Shown here piece by piece: positions 6,332 to 7,749 of a DNA stretch of 7,749 nt (its first letter is position 1; the number at the start of each line of letters is the position of its first letter). Made by a program: the position numbers and the translations under genes. The notes beneath the pieces were generated by a model. It was not told the DNA's origin, ran no database searches, and worked only from the letters and a program-made list of their open reading frames with translations. The DNA is taken from positions 1 through 7,749 of the forward strand of contig NW_021828787.1 of the NCBI RefSeq assembly GCF_006345805.1. Direction: 5' to 3'. Source of the DNA: Octopus sinensis (Eukaryota).

Positions 6332-6552
6332 GTATATAATATATGTTATATATATGTATATGTATATTATATGTATATATATGTAATATGTATATATATA
6401 TGTATATATGTATATATGAATATAAATATATATATATAATATATATAATATTATTATATATATGTATGTATATATATGTATATATGTATGTATGTATATA
6501 TATGTATATATATATATGTATGTATATATATATGTATTATATATATATATAG

Positions 6553-6590
<38 letters not shown>

Positions 6591-6591
6591 G
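6179..6591. repeat. (CT)n followed by about 360 bp of degenerate (AT)n/(ATGT)n
   Basis: Read directly. Confidence 0.95.
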
Positions 6592-6995
6592 TAAACGGCT
6601 GCGAGCGATGCGACTGACCAGGCTTAGACACAAAATAATGTTATTATCTGTGTCAACAGAGAGAAAAGAGGCAGTTATGCTTTCTTTATATCAATAAAGA
6701 GGCGGCGGCGGTGGGGGGGGGTTGTGTGGAAACCCGACAGAAAAGGCAGACGACAGTTTGGATGCTTCCATAGTTTGATATTGTTTGCAATATCGTTATT
6801 ATTATTTATTATTTATTTTTTTTGGGGTCGATATTTTCTGTGTATTATCGTGGCTTCCGGTTAATTTGCGACGTAACGTCTGAATATCTTCTGTTGAATT
6901 AAGGGAGCCGGTTGGCTTCTTTCGGGATTAGTTTGTGTTGGATTATTCTTCGGTATTCTTCTGTCGTGGCCGTTAATACATATCAATACAACCGC

Positions 6996-7135
6996 TACCA
7001 TCACCATCACCATTACCATGACTACCATACTACCACTTCACTTCCATCATCTTCACCATCATCATCATCATCGCCGCCACCGCCGTCGTCATCATCGTCA
7101 TCATCAGCAGCATCAACAACGTCGTCATCAACCTC
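6996..7135. repeat. Mosaic trinucleotide low-complexity tract (CAC/CAT/CGC/CGT/CAG/CAA)
   Basis: Read directly. Confidence 0.8.
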
Positions 7136-7152
7136 ATGATGAAAATTATTGG

Positions 7153-7275
7153 CTCCTCCTCCTCCTCCTCCTCCTTCTTCTTCTTCTTCTTCTTCTTCTT
7201 CTTCTTCTTCTTCTTCTTCTTCTTCTTCTTCTTCTTCTTCTTCTTCTTCTTCTTCTTCTTCTTCTTCTTCTTCTC
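7153..7275. repeat. (TCC)7(TTC)33 pure homopyrimidine tract
   Basis: TCC units 7154-7174, uninterrupted TTC units 7175-7273. Confidence 0.95.
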
Positions 7276-7279
7276 AGCA

Positions 7280-7291
7280 TTGTCGTCGTCG

Positions 7292-7326
<35 letters not shown>

Positions 7327-7339
7327 GTCATCGTCATCG

Positions 7340-7376
<37 letters not shown>
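7280..7376. repeat. (CGT)/(CAT)n microsatellite
   Basis: Read directly. Confidence 0.95.
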
Positions 7377-7749
7377 TGTTGTTGATGGTTATGGAAAGAC
7401 ATTACTAATGGAAACTAACCAAAGAATCGGTCCCTTTGGTCTATTTGAAGAAAAGAAGAGTTTTTCTTTGGGGGGGCGGGGGCAGAAGCTGAGTGTGGCG
7501 AGATTATTAAACTTTGGAACCTTTGAGTAGCGAACCCTTTTATTTTGAGAGATATTTTTCTTCGTCTGAATTTCGAACATTTTGCGAACACAAAAATATT
7601 TTTGTTGCATTTTGGTGGAATCATTATACCCATGATAAACATACGCACAGGTTCTATTTCACATCTATATTTTTCATTAGTCTATTGGTTAGCCGTTTAA
7701 GCAATCACCTAATCAATTCTTTAACTAATCATTGAGTCAATCAATCAAT

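Noticed and set aside
5790-7530. ORFs with poly-D, -H, -M, -I, -L, -F, -R, -S
   Set aside because: All-frame translations of CAT, TTC and AT microsatellites; unique portions show no recognisable domain or convincing exon boundaries

Overview
Non-coding eukaryotic DNA that is AT-rich and saturated with microsatellites. The two tRNA-derived SINEs and the repeat landscape resemble octopus/cephalopod genomes (recognition from memory, not a database result). No protein-coding gene is supportable: almost all listed ORFs are translations of simple repeats. Between the microsatellites lie a full-length tRNA-Arg-like SINE (5012-5406, -), a second tRNA-derived SINE (1027-1233, -), a MITE with 98-bp inverted arms (2757-3011) and a 25/32-bp minisatellite (3358-3526). 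The main signal is four different hammerhead-ribozyme (HHR) motifs of the kind associated with Penelope-like elements (PLEs), each next to an (AT)n tract. (1) An intact type I HHR at 684-776 (-). (2) A minimal core-variant type I HHR at 4815-4850 (+). (3) A motif at 4397-4461 (+) whose three catalytic strands are in a non-circularly permuted order, with good stems I and III and a weak stem II. (4) A motif at 2616-2697 (+) in the same permutation class, with good stems II and III and a poor stem I. A 102-bp near-perfect palindrome is built from the SINE tail (4952-5053).
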